This document shows, one piece after another, positions 12,335 to 26,609 of a stretch of DNA of 64,000 nt. This stretch comes from Octopus sinensis (lineage: Eukaryota), in assembly GCF_006345805.1 (NCBI RefSeq), contig NC_043008.1:56854001-56918000 (forward strand), read 5' to 3'. Each line of letters begins with the position of its first letter. The stretch's first letter is position 1. Below the pieces are notes generated by a model. That model was not told the origin of the DNA. It saw only the letters and a list, made by a program, of their open reading frames with translations, and searched no databases. Made by a program: the position numbers and the translations under genes.

Positions 12335-12729
12335 CTAGCAGTATCGCCCGGCGTTGCTCGGGTTTGTAAGGGAAATAACTATATAAGCATTTTTAGAGAT
12401 GTAAAGTATAATAGCCATCTCAATATGGCTAACCACAAAGGGTGGGGGTTACTGTAGCTTTTTACTTTCTGAGATTTAATAATAATTTTTTAGAGAGTTA
12501 CTTCCCTTATATATGCCAAAAATGCATTAAAAATGGGAAAAATTGATGGTAATTTTTTTTTTAATCGTAGACTCATCGTAGACACGCGCTAATACCCAGA
12601 AAGGCTCGATATGAATCACGACTATAAGATACCCGCTTTTGGTTAAACTGCACCGCAAAATGTGGGAGTAGTTAGGAATCTAAATCGTAGGAGACAGACA
12701 GCACACAACCTCTCTTTTATATATAAAGA
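12335..12729 (-). mobile_element. Non-autonomous Helitron-like element
   Basis: On the minus strand: A|TC start (atctttatatataaaag), subterminal hairpin cccgagcaacgccggg, then CTAG|T end. Inserted in an AT dinucleotide with no TSD. Confidence 0.75.
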
Positions 12730-13260
12730 TATAATACATATGTGTGATATATTATGCACTTATTGTGTTATGTTAAGCGTTTGATCTTCTGATCGGTGGA
12801 ATAATTGTATTGAATGAAGCCGGTTCGAGGTGCAAAAATATCTGGGGACCGATGATCTAACACACAGACTTGCTTTGTGGAAAATGAGGAAATAAAGGGA
12901 CAGTTCGGTATAGCAAAAATATAAATATAAAAGTTCGCATGGCAATCATTAACGGCGGCAGCAAACTAGAGGATCAAAATAATTAACGAATTTGTTCATA
13001 GAGTCATCATAAACACTTTCTCTATAGGAAATTCTTGCGAATAAGAGCGATAACCCATCGTTTGCAAGTATTCTCTTTAACAAGAAATCTCTAGAAATTA
13101 ACGTTTTTGCGGCAGAAAAACAATGCTTGGATATTTGTTCATGAGTACCATGTGCTATTTTGGCAAATAACTGTACCTCAGGCATGCAAGAGTCTGCACG
13201 AGTGAAGGCTTTTTTGGAGGAGGTTTAACAAGCAGAAACCCTCATGTAGACAATCCAGTC

Positions 13261-13479
13261 AGCTGGCAGAAACGTTAGCAGGCCGGGCGAAATGCGTAGC
13301 CGTATTTCGTCTGCCGTTACGTTCTGAGTTCAAATTCTGCCGAGGTCGACTTTGCCTTTCATCCTTTCGGGGTCGATAAATTAAGTACCAGTTACGCACT
13401 GGGGTCGATATAATTGACTTAATACTTTGTCCTTGTTTGTCCCCTCTATGTTAAGCCCCATGTGGGTAATAAAGAAATA
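13261..13479 (+). mobile_element. SINE family A
   Basis: Family consensus match. 10-bp TSD aatccagtca at 13252-13261 and 13480-13489. Confidence 0.92.
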
Positions 13480-13896
13480 AATCCAGTCAATGTTGGTCAT
13501 ATCCCAAATTCTGTTCAGTTAGTATTGCTCGAGGTAGCACTACCTTTTCCAGGACTCATATCGCCTGATCTACAGCTACCGAGAGATACCTGTCGACTCT
13601 ATAGTCACTTGGTGGCTTTTCGCCTTCTTGCCTCATGATGCTCGGCAAGATGTCAGTCTTGAAGAATAGGCGCCCACAAAACCCCTGCATTTCACCACAG
13701 TGGAACCATGCATTACTCGCCACACATTGCTTATAACTCCATCATCTCGACGTATTTTAATTTCTTCCCCTGAATACGACCTTCCCCCATATCCCCCGTA
13801 GCCTTTGAAGGAACAGCAATATATATAAACTAAAATGAATATGAAAAATCATTGAAAATATAACGATATATAAAATGAATGCAAGCTTAATATATA

Positions 13897-14118
13897 TTTC
13901 TTTACTACCCACAAGGGGCTAAACACAGAGGGGACAAACAAGGACAGACAAACGGATTAAGTCGATTATATCGACCTCAGTGCGTAACTGGTACTTAATT
14001 TATCGACCCCGAAATGATGAAAGGCAAAGTCGACCCCGGCGGAATTTGAACTCAGAACGTAGCGACAGACGAAATACGGCTAGGCATTTCGCCCGGCGTG
14101 CTAACGTTTCTGCCAGTT
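13897..14118 (-). mobile_element. SINE family A
   Basis: Reverse-complement match, flanked by TSD gcaagcttaatata on both sides. Confidence 0.92.
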
Positions 14119-14722
14119 CGCAAGCTTAATATAATCATGAAGACGGTACGGCTAGGGAACATTAGGTATCGCAGTAAATGATAGTCTCTGAATAGAGATT
14201 GAGATGAGTGTTAAAAATAAGATAACCATTTTTGGTAAAATTAAATAATGATATTAAGCTGGCTCGTTAGGGTTTTGGTGGCATACTTAGGTATATTCTC
14301 ATTAGCATCATTATATATGAGAGTGTTTGTATTATCATTTGAGAAAGTATTATTTGCAATTTCAAAAATTGTAGCGTTACTTCTTGTTTAGATTGCATCT
14401 TTGAAGAAGAAAGGTTGGCGCCAACTTGCCACAGTTGTTAGGAAAATAATTTCCTGCAAGATATACATATATTACATTTAGTGATTTAGTGTTGAAATAC
14501 CATGATAGATAAACGGATATTATTCACATGATATCTGGATATCAAATGTATCGCGGAGCTTTATTTAATAAGAAAGACTAGAGAATCTGCAGGCTAGACA
14601 GATATCAACTCTTAAACGTATGTCCGCACAAGTATTAAGGGGACATATGTGTATGAACTGTCCCATACGGATATCATACACTTACACACATACACAAATG
14701 CGAACACACTTTTTCATTAGGT

Positions 14723-14753
<31 letters not shown>

Positions 14754-14873
14754 ATATATATATATATATATACCTACGTATATTTTGTGTAAGTTCACAT
14801 ACAAAATCTATATACATATATGATATGAGTATAGTGAGTTTAAAATCAAATTGTGACTGCATACATATATATA

Positions 14874-14955
<82 letters not shown>

Positions 14956-15149
14956 TACATATATACCAAAAATAAATACATATCATACATTTACATTTGC
15001 CTGCCATGTATATATAGGTCGGGTGCTACCGGGAATGAGCCTAATTTTCAGGCAATTTGATTTCACTACTATCCAAATCGATTTACGTATAATTTGTTTT
15101 TACTTTACTTGTTCCATTCATCTGACTGTGGGTGTGCTGAATCACAAAC

Positions 15150-15265
15150 TTAAAGCGTTTTAGTCAAAGACATCGACCACATGAATTATTCTTTGGAAGA
15201 CTAGTACTTATTCTATGACTCTGTTTTGCCGAACCGCGAGATTACGGGACACACATAAATATACA

Positions 15266-15299
<34 letters not shown>

Positions 15300-15682
15300 T
15301 TATATTATATATTATATATATATATATATATTATATATAGTATTGGGTTGTCCGGAAAGTTCGTGCCAGTTTATAGTAGCTTACCTTTCGACTTATTTTA
15401 GAACATGGTTGGGTCCATAAAATAGGATTTGACTACAACTCCATTTAGAGCACAGATTAAGCTGTCTTTGCGTGGAAGAAGGCTTATGTTCCTATAACCT
15501 GTGTTAATATATATATATATACGACTAGTTTCTTTCAGTTTCCGTCTACCAAATGCGCTCACAAGGCTTTGGTAGGCTCGAGGCTATAGCTGAAGACACT
15601 TGCCCAAGGTATCACGCAGTGGGACTGAACCCGGAGTCATGTGTTTGGTAAGGAAAGTACTTATCACACAGTTCCTCCTGTA
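15150..15682 (-). mobile_element. SINE family B split at its central (TA)n by an insertion
   Basis: 3' half at ~15150-15260 (gccgaaccgc) and 5' half at ~15520-15682 (tttccgtctacc...gaagacacttgcccaagg). Confidence 0.75.
15341..15505 (+). mobile_element. Probable mariner-type terminal fragment in (TA)n
   Basis: Starts TA|ttgggttgtccggaaagttcgtgcc, resembling mariner TIR starts. Flanked by TA runs; no partner TIR seen. Confidence 0.45.
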
Positions 15683-18269
15683 TATGTATGTATTTGTGTG
15701 TGTGTGTCTGTGTGTGTATGTGTGTGTGTGTGTGTGTGTTGTGTGTGTGTGTGTGTGTGTGTGTGTATTTGTGTGCGTGTTCATGTCGATACGTATTTGC
15801 TCTTGCTGTGCGACTAGACTCTGTGACATGTATGATTTGCTGGTTTGTCATTTTTTTCCTATTTGTCGGCACGCGCAAATGTTGACTGACGCGTTTTAAT
15901 TTGTGTGTATTTAGCTACTTACTGCCTATGAGAATTTTATCTTGGCTTCTCCAACACCGCAACTGCCAGAAGGTACAGAATGTTAGAAATGGAAATATAA
16001 TTAATGTACTATATTGAGCAAAGTAGCGGAAGGCAAAAAACCATACAATTAGTAAAAGTTCTAGGATAAAATACAAATTATCGGAGTCCCAATATTGTGG
16101 CAATTGACGATTGTTAAAGCCCTTAACTCCTTAGGGGTCTTTGGGGCGTTGCAGCCATGCGGCGTATCTAGAGCGAGAAAGCCTGGCAGTGTCCATCCCT
16201 CTCCAGGCTAATGTAGCAATTACAAATAAATAATCAGTATAATATCCGCGTTTATTTAGCGTCCCTGTGTAATTAGGCTTCGTGTGTAAACCATTCAGTG
16301 TTTGCTATTTTTTCTCTCATTTTTTTTTTCGCTAACGGAACCATTATCGCTGTCCATCACGGATAATTGATATACTTTTGCTTTAATTATATGCCCAGTA
16401 CATCTCACGCTGTTAGTGAAGAACTACTCATTAAAATACACGCGGCGCTCTACGAAGAACATCATATCTATGATAGATTATTGTGAAACAATGGTTAACA
16501 CTAGTAGAATCTAAAACTAAATCCACCAAATGTATCAAACAACCCTTTCGCATTCCGATAATTGTTTCTTCTTCCCGAGGATTGTATTGGTGGTTGACAG
16601 ATCTGTATTTGAGGAAATTATGTTTGCTCTATATCTTAAACGTGTTGCTTTTGGTGTCGCAGACTTCAAATGTCGCTGTTGTTGTCATTGGCCCTTTGAC
16701 GGTGTATTATGGCTTCTACTCACATTGTGGTTCGTTTATTGTTATTGTTGCTTTCAGTTGTTGTCGTTGTGGATGCGTTGTTGCTGCTATAGTGGTCCAT
16801 TGTATTCTTGGCTTATATTTTTGGCTTGAAGAGTCTGGTCAGTAGATTTCTCTGCCCGAGTTGTCTTCCATTTTTGATAACAGTTTCACTGTATTTTTCT
16901 GACGCTCTTGTGTAATCCGTAACTTGTTCCACGCCTCAACATTTCGATGTGTTCGGCTTTGGTTTTTAGCCAAAATACCTGTTAATATTCTCTTGCGGGG
17001 AGGAGCTACTTCCCTACATTGACCCCAGAGGTTTCACTGATACTTAATTTATCGACAAAGCAAAGACAACCTCGGCGGAATTTGAACTCAGAAAGTAAAG
17101 ATGAAAAAAATTCCACTAAGCATTTTGCCCGGCGTGCTAACGATTCAGCCAGCTCACCACCTTCGCCTTCCTCAAGGTAATGTTAATAAGAAGAAACACA
17201 TATTAACATTGCATCTGTATTTCAAAAAGCTATCATGGCTACAATATAATTTTGTTTCTATGTTTGTTCTTTTATTCTTGACCAAACTAATCATTTACCT
17301 GCCACTAAGTTGACGTGCATATTCTTCAGTATTTCTAAGAACAATTTTGATTGTTTTAATCATCCTTTTTACGTCCATTTTGCAAGCAATTTTCAAATTT
17401 CGCAGACAACTGTCATTCGCAATTGGGTATTTGATAAAGTTCTAAACGCTTTTTGCAGGCAAATGCCAGAAGGAATTCAGAACTCAATATCATCGGCTTG
17501 CTATTAAAACCGCTCTGGGTCCAATTGCTTCATTAATAATAAAGAAAATAGGCTGGGATCACATTGTTACCCTTACTACGCTTTCCTATATTACTTTTCA
17601 GGTAGTGCAGGTCAGGCGCCAAGTTTTGATTGGCAGAACCATTGTCGCTGATTAATTGCCTGATTTATCTGGGAACAGTCATTTAGGAGACAGTGACACA
17701 ATTAACAAAGCGGGAACGCACAATACGTACACAACACCGAGGAGATTGAAATGACAGCAAATATATAGAAATTGGAATATTGGTGAGCGTTTATATCTTA
17801 AATTGTGCAAATACAAATGAAACATAGAGAATATTATATAAGATGTAACCGGAAGCTATTTCATATACTGCTTAACAAACATTTATCAAGCTCCGGATAT
17901 TGAACACTTTCTTCCTCTGCCGTTGTCGATTCTCGATACAAATCTAAAAGATCGATATTTACGTGTACTTTAAGAGAAAATCTAATATCTTATTTCGTAT
18001 CAGTTTGTCGAAATATTGAAGGATTTTAGATGAAGCCTGATATCACAACCTATAAAACTTTGAATTACACCATTGATTTATACTGATGATGGCATCTACC
18101 GTTGAAGACGGCCATGATGCAGCATCAATTTGAAGAACTTTTAATCGAATTAATCGACCGTATTACTTATATTTAAATCAGGTAATTATTCTATCGGTTC
18201 CTTTTCCGACCCGCTAAGTCATGGAAACGTAAACAGTCCAACACCGAGTATCGGGCAGTAGTAGGGAAA

Positions 18270-18501
18270 AAGGCGGCGAGCTGGCAGAAACGTTAACACG
18301 CCGGGCGAAATGCTTCGTGGTGTTTCGTCTGCCGTTACGTTCTGAGTTTAAATTCCGCCGAGGTCGACTTTGCTTTTCATCCTTCCGGGCTTGATAAATT
18401 AAGTACCAGTTACGCACTGGGGTTGACACAATCGACTTAATCCCTTTATCTGTCCTTGTTTGTCCCCTCTGTGTTTAGCCCCTTGCGTGCAATAAAGAAA
18501 T
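18270..18501 (+). mobile_element. SINE family A
   Basis: ggcggcgagctggcagaaacgtt...gtcgactttgc...aataaagaaata. Confidence 0.9.
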
Positions 18502-18598
18502 AAGAGAAAAAAATAAAGAAATAAGTAGTACGGAAAAAAGGACTGAAAGAACCTTTTCAAAGTAAATTCTTAGAAGTATTTTGTCCGTGCGTGCGTGC

Positions 18599-18635
<37 letters not shown>

Positions 18636-20377
18636 TGTGTTTGTGTGTGTATCTGTATGTGTGTGTCTGTATGTGTGTGTCTGTATGTGTGTGTCTGTAT
18701 GTGTGTGTATGTGTGTCTGGTGTGTAAGTGTTTTGTGTATAGTTTGCGAGTTACTGGATATAATCTCGTGTGTTAATACGTTGACGCATATCGCGGTATG
18801 TCCCAAAAGTTTCATTATACCAATAATAAATACACGCAATTGATCCGTTTCACTCTATTATTTTTATTAGTCAGTGTTTGCGTTTATTTGTCAGTGTTTG
18901 CGTTTAGTATAATGAGCCTCCTGAGAATCAAGAATATATAGCTAGCTAATTAGATAGCAAGCTTGAGAGATAGGCAGATATGTTATAATAATGAAGACAA
19001 ACCAAATATGTTTTCGTCAATATTTATTTAACTTTCAAATAAAAGTCTTCCATTTTCCTTCTTCTCTTCCTCGCCCTTTTCCTCTACTTCTACTTGTCTT
19101 TACCACCATCATCATTATGATTTTCCTATCATTATTATTCTTGTTGTTGATGTTGGTGTTCTCACCAATATTATTACTTTATCCATGTTATTAACAGTAA
19201 GGGGATCTTTTCGCTTTGACCGGCAGTTTTTTCTAGCGGTGTCATATGAAATTGTCACCCATAATTATGACCCTAGTATCGATCTCTTGCATTTCAATCT
19301 GTTTTAGGGTTAGGGTTAGGTGTGGGGGCAGGGGTATCTTTTTTTTCTTCAGAAATGTAAATAAACCCAATCTGTTTCTTAAACGAGGGACAATTTCCTA
19401 TATCACCGCCAGAAAATGTTTACGGAGAGAATGTTTTCACCTCAATAGACGTCATTGATTGGTTGACATTGCAGAAATTAAAGTAAATATTTTACAAATA
19501 TCTCACAACCTACATAACTTTCTCAAGAAAGCCAAGAGAAAAATATGTGTTATAAACACATTCTACCAGTATACGAAGTTTAAAAGTGTTTAGTTACATG
19601 GAAATTATTTTAAAAACTGCCAGTCAAAGCGAAAATGTGTCGAAAGACGATTTACTAACAAAACCTTTAACCCGCGGGATAAAATCATCGCGGCATTTCC
19701 TCCGTCTTTACGTTCTGAGTTCAAATTTCGTCGAGGTCAGCATTGCCCATCATCTTTTCAGAGTTTATGAAGTAGACATCAGTTGAACCTTTGGGTAGAT
19801 GTAGTCCCGTCCCTCAAACGCTCGTGCCTTTTCCTTATAGTATAAAGTATTATGAGTATCATTATTTTGGCCTATGGTGCCTTGTAACTAGTAGAATCTT
19901 CTAGTCCAGACCATAATCCCTACTAATATCCTTCGCCACATGCTAACATATAATTCATTTCTTCGCCATCCTCTCTCAAAGTCTTCTTCACTTTTCCAAT
20001 TCTCTCCCTCATTATCTCTCAGGCTTTCTCTACCGAGCACACAACATACCCAATCACCTTTCTTCCCTCTTCTCTTACATATTCTCCTTCCCCTTTCTAT
20101 CCTCTCTTCCCCTCTTTATTATATCTCTCTTTCTCCTTTTGCCTACCAGTCTACTTCTCTTGTTTCTCCCTCTATATACATAGTCTTCCTAACTCAGTAG
20201 TCGACCGCTACTGACCTCAGCAGAGGCCAGATACAACAAATTCCATCTGACGTCTTATATTTTAAAATGTATTGACACTGGACGATCTTTTCATTTCTCT
20301 CGACTGCGAAACGTCAAACGAATAAATCTGCATTCTGTCCTTTCACCTGTCTTTGTTTGGAATATATTTGAACTATA

Positions 20378-20460
<83 letters not shown>

Positions 20461-20463
<3 letters not shown>

Positions 20464-20630
20464 GGGTAGAATTCACAAAAAAAACAAAAAAACCAAGACA
20501 GGTTGTGTAGACAACAAACGCTCGGGAAATGAAAAAGTCTTTAACGTTTCGAGCCTGCGCTCTTCGATAGAAAGGAACACAGAAAGAAACAAGGAGAGAT
20601 AATAAAAAATGTGTAGTAGCTAGCGATCTA
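20461..20630 (-). mobile_element. Short (TA)n-embedded element carrying a mutated minimal hammerhead (retrozyme or solo pseudo-LTR-like)
   Basis: Unique ~170 bp between two TA tracts; contains the motif at 20539-20574. Confidence 0.55.
20539..20574 (-). ncRNA. Degenerate type I hammerhead-like motif
   Basis: Minus strand: cttt-CUAUCGA-a-gagc(gcag)gcuc-GAAA-cg-UU-aaag. Stems I and II pair; core deviates from CUGANGA at two positions. Confidence 0.55.
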
Positions 20631-20641
20631 TATACATATAT

Positions 20642-20673
<32 letters not shown>

Positions 20674-20682
20674 ATATATATA

Positions 20683-21885
20683 CAGTTGCGGCCAAAATGT
20701 TCAGAACGGCATTGTTTTCGTCAGAAAAGTAGGTATAATTTTTTATCAAAGTTGTTTTATATTCTATAATTTTCACAATAAACTTTTCAACCTTGAGTAA
20801 GTTCATGACCACCTTAGCCTTGTGACATGGGGCATTTTCCTGCATGAATATGGGAGAACGCTTAGTTGAATTTCTCAGCACAGGCAAGACATGATCTTTT
20901 ACAAGTTGTTTATAAACTCCTGCATTTACCTTTCCATGTAATCGCACCAAAGGGCCCACACCATCTCCAGATATCAACCCCCAAACCATGACACTCCATC
21001 CACCGAATTTAACTCTAGTCTTAAGGCATTTAGGCGACAATTTTTCATCTACTTTTAGACGAACCTACCATTTCCCATCTGAGCCAAATAACATAAACTT
21101 AGATTCATCACTGAAATGCAGCGTTTGAGACCACAACACATGTTCGGTTGCAAAGGTAAGACGACACTTTTTAATTCTTGGAAATGATCAGTGGCTTCAC
21201 TGCAGGTGCTCATGCTTGTAGGTCATGTTCAACTAAACGACAAGACACAGTCTTTCGAGATAAAGTTTTCTTCAGTACAATGCTTATTTCCCGAGAAACA
21301 GCAGCAGCAGTTTTAAATCTGTCCTTTTTAACCAACTTTACCATAACACGATCTTCTCTCTTGGCCTACCTGTAGACTTTCTTGCTTCACACGAACTACA
21401 ATCATTGCAGACCTTAAGAATACCGTGAGCAACACTTTTTGACTTATTAACAATCTTTGCAATAGACCCAATATTTAAATTATTCTTCTTTCGAAGCTTA
21501 ATAATCTGATGACAAATTGGTAACGGAGTAAGTGGCATTATATTAACAAATTACACTGCAGATATTCATACTAATGTTTAGTAAACGAACCGTCATGTAA
21601 ACAAATTCAAGACATTAGAGTTCGCCGGTTAAATATACTAAAATATACTAAATATACTAAAAGCAACCGTTCTGATCATTTTGGCCGCCATGGGTTTTGC
21701 AGTAAATCACTAAATCATCCATAACTTTTGTATTATCCTCTCCAATTACACCAAAATCTCAGAAAATAACAAATAATATCGTATTTATTGTCTGTGAAAT
21801 TTATAGAATATAAAACAACTTTGATAAAAATTATATATGTTTTCTGACGAAAACAATACCGTACTGAACATTTTGGCCGCAACTG
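20683..21885 (-). mobile_element. Tc1-family DNA transposon, internally deleted, IR/DR type
   Basis: TIRs cagttgcggccaaaatgttcag... / ...ctgaacattttggccgcaactg with TA on both sides. ~100 bp of the left TIR remains. Inner direct repeat accgttctgatcattttggccgc at 21666-21688. Confidence 0.93.
20780..21538 (-). pseudogene. Tc1 transposase pseudogene
   Basis: HTH region ending in GRPR; FSDESKF (first D, ~21096-21116); VMVWG; FMQENAPCH (second D replaced by E). C-terminus with the third catalytic residue is missing; frameshifts and stops present. Confidence 0.92.
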
Positions 21886-22119
21886 TATGTGTATATATTA
21901 TATATATATATATTATATATATATATATATATATATTAATATATATATATATATTATATATATATATATCAAATATATATATATATTATATATATATATA
22001 CATATATATATACATATGTATATATACATATGTATATATATATATATATATATATAGAAATATATATATACACATATATATATACACACATTATATACAC
22101 ACACACCACACACACACAC

Positions 22120-22186
<67 letters not shown>

Positions 22187-23893
22187 TGCACTTCATTGAA
22201 ATAATTACTTCCTCATCTTAGGTAAAATAAATATTTCATGGCGTAGGAAGAATACAAGTAGTATGAATGTTTTGATTATAACTGATGATATCGAGCATTT
22301 ACACTTCATTCCATTAGTATTTTAGTCATAGACCGTAGTATTATATATGCCTGTGTGACAGTAAACGAGGCTGTAATAATATCGAGATAGAGATATATCT
22401 CTGTCTACACAAATGCGGCCATGCACACATATGTATTCGTAAATACTTAGACACATACACTCACACATGTCCGTACGTACGCTGATAATTCTGTTCGCGA
22501 TAAAAAAAATAATTGTAATAATACAATTTCCACAAGTACATTTTTGTGATAATTCAATATTATTATCTAAATAAGTTTATAAAAAACAAAAATCAACGAC
22601 AATGTCAAAAGCAAATTTGTGTTTTTATCAATAAATCTCCACTATTTGAACACACCTCATTGCACATTTCTCAGTTTCCAAATTACTGCGTGATCAGGCG
22701 TGAAATCTCGTTCCGCATTATCACGAAAATTATATAAGCATAAAATGAAGAATAGCTTCAAACTGTGATGAGAAACTATCTACTTCCTTTATTTCTACTA
22801 ATGCTTACTGATGTGAATTTTACACTACACTAATTAACTTTTTATTACTTTTATTTATTCTGTTGTTATCATCTGTTTTGCGAAGGATGGATCTTTATTT
22901 TTTCTTTATATGAGTACTAATATATATTTAAATATCATTCGCTGAAATGGCGATAGAAAGCACAACATAGGAGAACTATAAAAAAAAAAGGAAAAACAAC
23001 ATCAAAAAGATAAGTTTGAATCCTAATAGATTTATCGATCAAAGATATTTTGACGTGTTAGAAACAGATATGTATGATGCTAGGTGAGACCTATTAACTA
23101 TTATTAATATAGTTTCTTAAATTGATCTTCTTAGTGAATTATAACTGTCAAAGCTATCATTTCATGTTTATTCACCTCGAAACTAAAATGTCGGCAACGA
23201 AATTAACAATCAGTAAACAATTCATATTATCTAGCGTTGTATCTTCCTTCCTTTAACGGATAAAGACTATATTTATTATATTGTTCTATTGCTATGTATA
23301 GCTATCTGTACCTCTTTGGCAGGAAAAATTTTCACTTTGTTAATGTGTTAGCCAGTTTAGCTGTAAATGCGTTTAACCGAATTCATGCATTGCATAAAAA
23401 ACGGCAAAATATTCAGAATCATCAGATTATTATTCGATGGTATGCAAGTATTTTTTAAGGTTCTCTGCATTTTTGAATTTTTGAGTTCAGATCCTAACGA
23501 GATCAACTTTGCTTTTTTATTCCTTAAAGGCCCATAGATAACGTTGCAGATAAGCAATGCATCTACTTTTCCTTTCACTGCTTTCTTCCTTCTCACTTTC
23601 TCACACACTATATATATATATATATATAGATATATATTATATATATATATATAATATATACATATATATATATATACATACAGTTGCAGCCAGTTTTTCA
23701 AGTTGATGGGATGTAAGCTCCCACTTTTTTCTCCTTTCCTTCTCTTTTTCTCACCTCCCTCGCCTCTGACGAGGGATTGAATCCGAAATGTTGGGTATTC
23801 CACACCTCACGGCAATTTCATTGTACCCCTTTCACTTTTTTCCTTATTTTTTCAATTTCTGCCGACGCAGAACTATCAGATTATTGCCTGATG

Positions 23894-23946
<53 letters not shown>

Positions 23947-25596
23947 TGTATGTATGTATGTATGTATATATATATGTATATATGTATATATATGTATATG
24001 TATATGTATATATATATATTATATCAGCACAGCCACAGCTCATGAGCTGAAACTAAAATCAATCAATCAATGTATAATATTTATGTGTGTGTGTGTCTGC
24101 GTGTGTATGTAAGAGACAGGAATTTGTTGCCTATTTTAGTAATGAAAATCAGGGAGAAAAGGGCGGGACAAACTATATCTAGGTATTTTGAGAGAACGTG
24201 AAATATTCTTTTCAGAATGGTAAATATCGAGTTGGAAAACGCTTTCAGATAGAAAACGTCGAAGAATTCTTGTGGGACACGAATCCTTATTTCTTATCCA
24301 AAAGACTTGCACAAACCAATATTCGCAGGCTATCATTTATAGCTTTATGAGTTTCGAGATCCACAATTCCAAACAGAATTATTGTGTTTTAATGCCCCTG
24401 GTAATTTAAAATTTGTCCTCTTCCCCCTCAAGGTCTTTTGTTTTGAGTCAATCTCCCCATTATTTTAATCGATTTTATATCAAATAGTTAGGAATTATAT
24501 TATTGATGATAGTCCATATTGTGTCAAGCTCAGTGTAAAGCCAATATATTTGTTTCTGATTGAACGGGTGTTGACATGCTAATCAACTACGTCAGTGGTG
24601 TAGTGCATTCAAAGCCTTGATTAATTAATACAACGTGAATATTTGACAGCACAGAGAATGGACGTGATTAACCTTGTGTAAAAGGAGACAGTATCCGAAC
24701 AGAATAAAATGTAACAGCAAACTCCGTTTAAACTAATGATAGTCTGTTAGCAATTACTAAAAACAAAAAGTTGTCAGCGAAACGAGTTAGTAATGTAAGC
24801 ACTAACACACTTAAGACAGCTTGCAAAGACAGTTTGATTAATCAAAACGTAGCATAAATTTAAGAATGCTAAAGCAGCCGATCAATGCTTACATTATAAG
24901 CGATAACCTCAAACCTCAGATCTCGTATTTGGTTAGCTTCAATGAAATCTCTGTGAATTAAAATTACAAATAAACATGCAGTAAAATAGAAAATTAATCT
25001 GGTTTGTGGAAAGATGAATGAGAACTTTGCACGTTTCGATCTTATTTATCTTGCTCAGTGTATCACAGCCATTAACTTCCTTGCTGCGAAATAGTCTCCG
25101 TCAACCATGAAATAGTTTGATAATGTACTCATCTATGATCATGAATGTCTGATTATGTTCGTAAGAGCGCGATCATGAATAAAAGCTGCCGAAATAGGAT
25201 TTCCTTAAAGCATCACTATAGTAAAATTACTCTATTGAGTTTCGTAGTTTTGAGACCAGAGAGTCTTACAGATCAAACTTTTACAAATCCGGTGCAACAG
25301 ATATGCGGTTAGAATTCCGAAGGTAATTATCGCAAAATGGCTTCCCCAAGCCGAGTCAACTGTCAAGAGGTCTAATGTTAGATCACAAGCAAAATGACTG
25401 GGTATAATGTCAATAGACTCAATATGTCATGCTAGGCATCCAACCAGAAAATGTAAGGATGGTTGTTTCTGCTGAGCTACCCTAGAAGATTTGCCACAGA
25501 ACTCTTGTACCATGACCATGCCAGGAACAGGGATCGGCGGATATGGATGAATGGACGTAACTCAGATGTTAATATATACATGATACTGCACCAAAA

Positions 25597-26010
25597 GGTG
25601 GCGAGCTGGCAGAAATGTTAGCACGCAGGGCGAAATGCGAAGCCGTATTTCGTCTGCCGTTACGTTCTGAGTTCAAATTCTGCCGAGGTCGACTTTGCCT
25701 TTCATCCTTTCGGGGTCGATAAATGAAATACCAGTTACGCACTGGGGTCGATATAATCGACTTAATCCATTTGTCTGTCCTTGTTTGTCCTCTGTTTGTT
25801 TAACCCCTTGTGTGTAGTAAAGAAATAGGTATTTCGTCTGTCGTTACCTTCTGAGTTCAAATTCCGCCGAGGTCGACTTTGCCTTTCATCCTTTCGGGTC
25901 GATAAATAAAGTACCAGTTTCGCACTGGGGTCGATGTGATCGACTTGATCCCTTTGTCTGTCCTTGTTTGTCCCCTCTATGTTTTGCTCCTTGTGGGCAA
26001 TAAAGAAATA
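25597..26010 (+). mobile_element. SINE A dimer with long TSD
   Basis: Head plus one truncated unit with the standard junction. TSD atatacatgata(c/t)tgcaccaaaa on both sides. Confidence 0.9.
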
Positions 26011-26538
26011 TATATACATGATATTGCACCAAAATACATGAATTTTACTCTTGCCTTTATAATGCAGATATCCATTCTATATTCAATGTAACTCATTAGA
26101 GTATTTATCACTGGAGAACTCTTTTGTCGGAGTCTACATAATTCCCAGCCATATAAATATTTATTGCACAAAAGTATATTTTCTATGAAACAGGGTCCTA
26201 AAAGAAGGAGCTTTATACTGTTGAGACTGTACTCTATACACCTTTAAACGAATACAGCTGTTGAATTTACAATATACAACCATTAATCTAATTTAGATAT
26301 AAATATTAATTTCAAAGGAAAACGTAAGTATAATTTGCAATAATAGCCACGTTCTTGTGAATTCCATTATAGAAATAAAATGATAAACACAATAAAGATA
26401 TGTTTTAGATCGAATGGGTTATAATATATAAATCTAAATGAGGGCGAGTATCGATGCCATCTTACTGAATTTGAATAAGTGAAGTAGAATATATATATAT
26501 ATATAATATATATATATATATGTGTGGTGTGTGTGGTG

Positions 26539-26595
<57 letters not shown>

Positions 26596-26609
26596 TGTGT
26601 GTGTGTCAT

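Noticed and set aside
13490-13740. GC-richer stretch resembling a LINE ORF2 fragment
   Set aside because: No diagnostic motif recovered by manual translation.
17590-17650. Possible terminal exon after ttttcag (GSAGQAPSFDWQNHCR*)
   Set aside because: Too short, with no homology I can recognise.
19304-19320. TTAGGG repeats
   Set aside because: Under three units, internal to what looks like a dispersed repeat; not evidence of a telomere or healing site.
21837-22221. YI/HT/CV-repeat ORFs here and at many other loci
   Set aside because: They are translations of (TA)n, (CA)n and (TG)n microsatellites.
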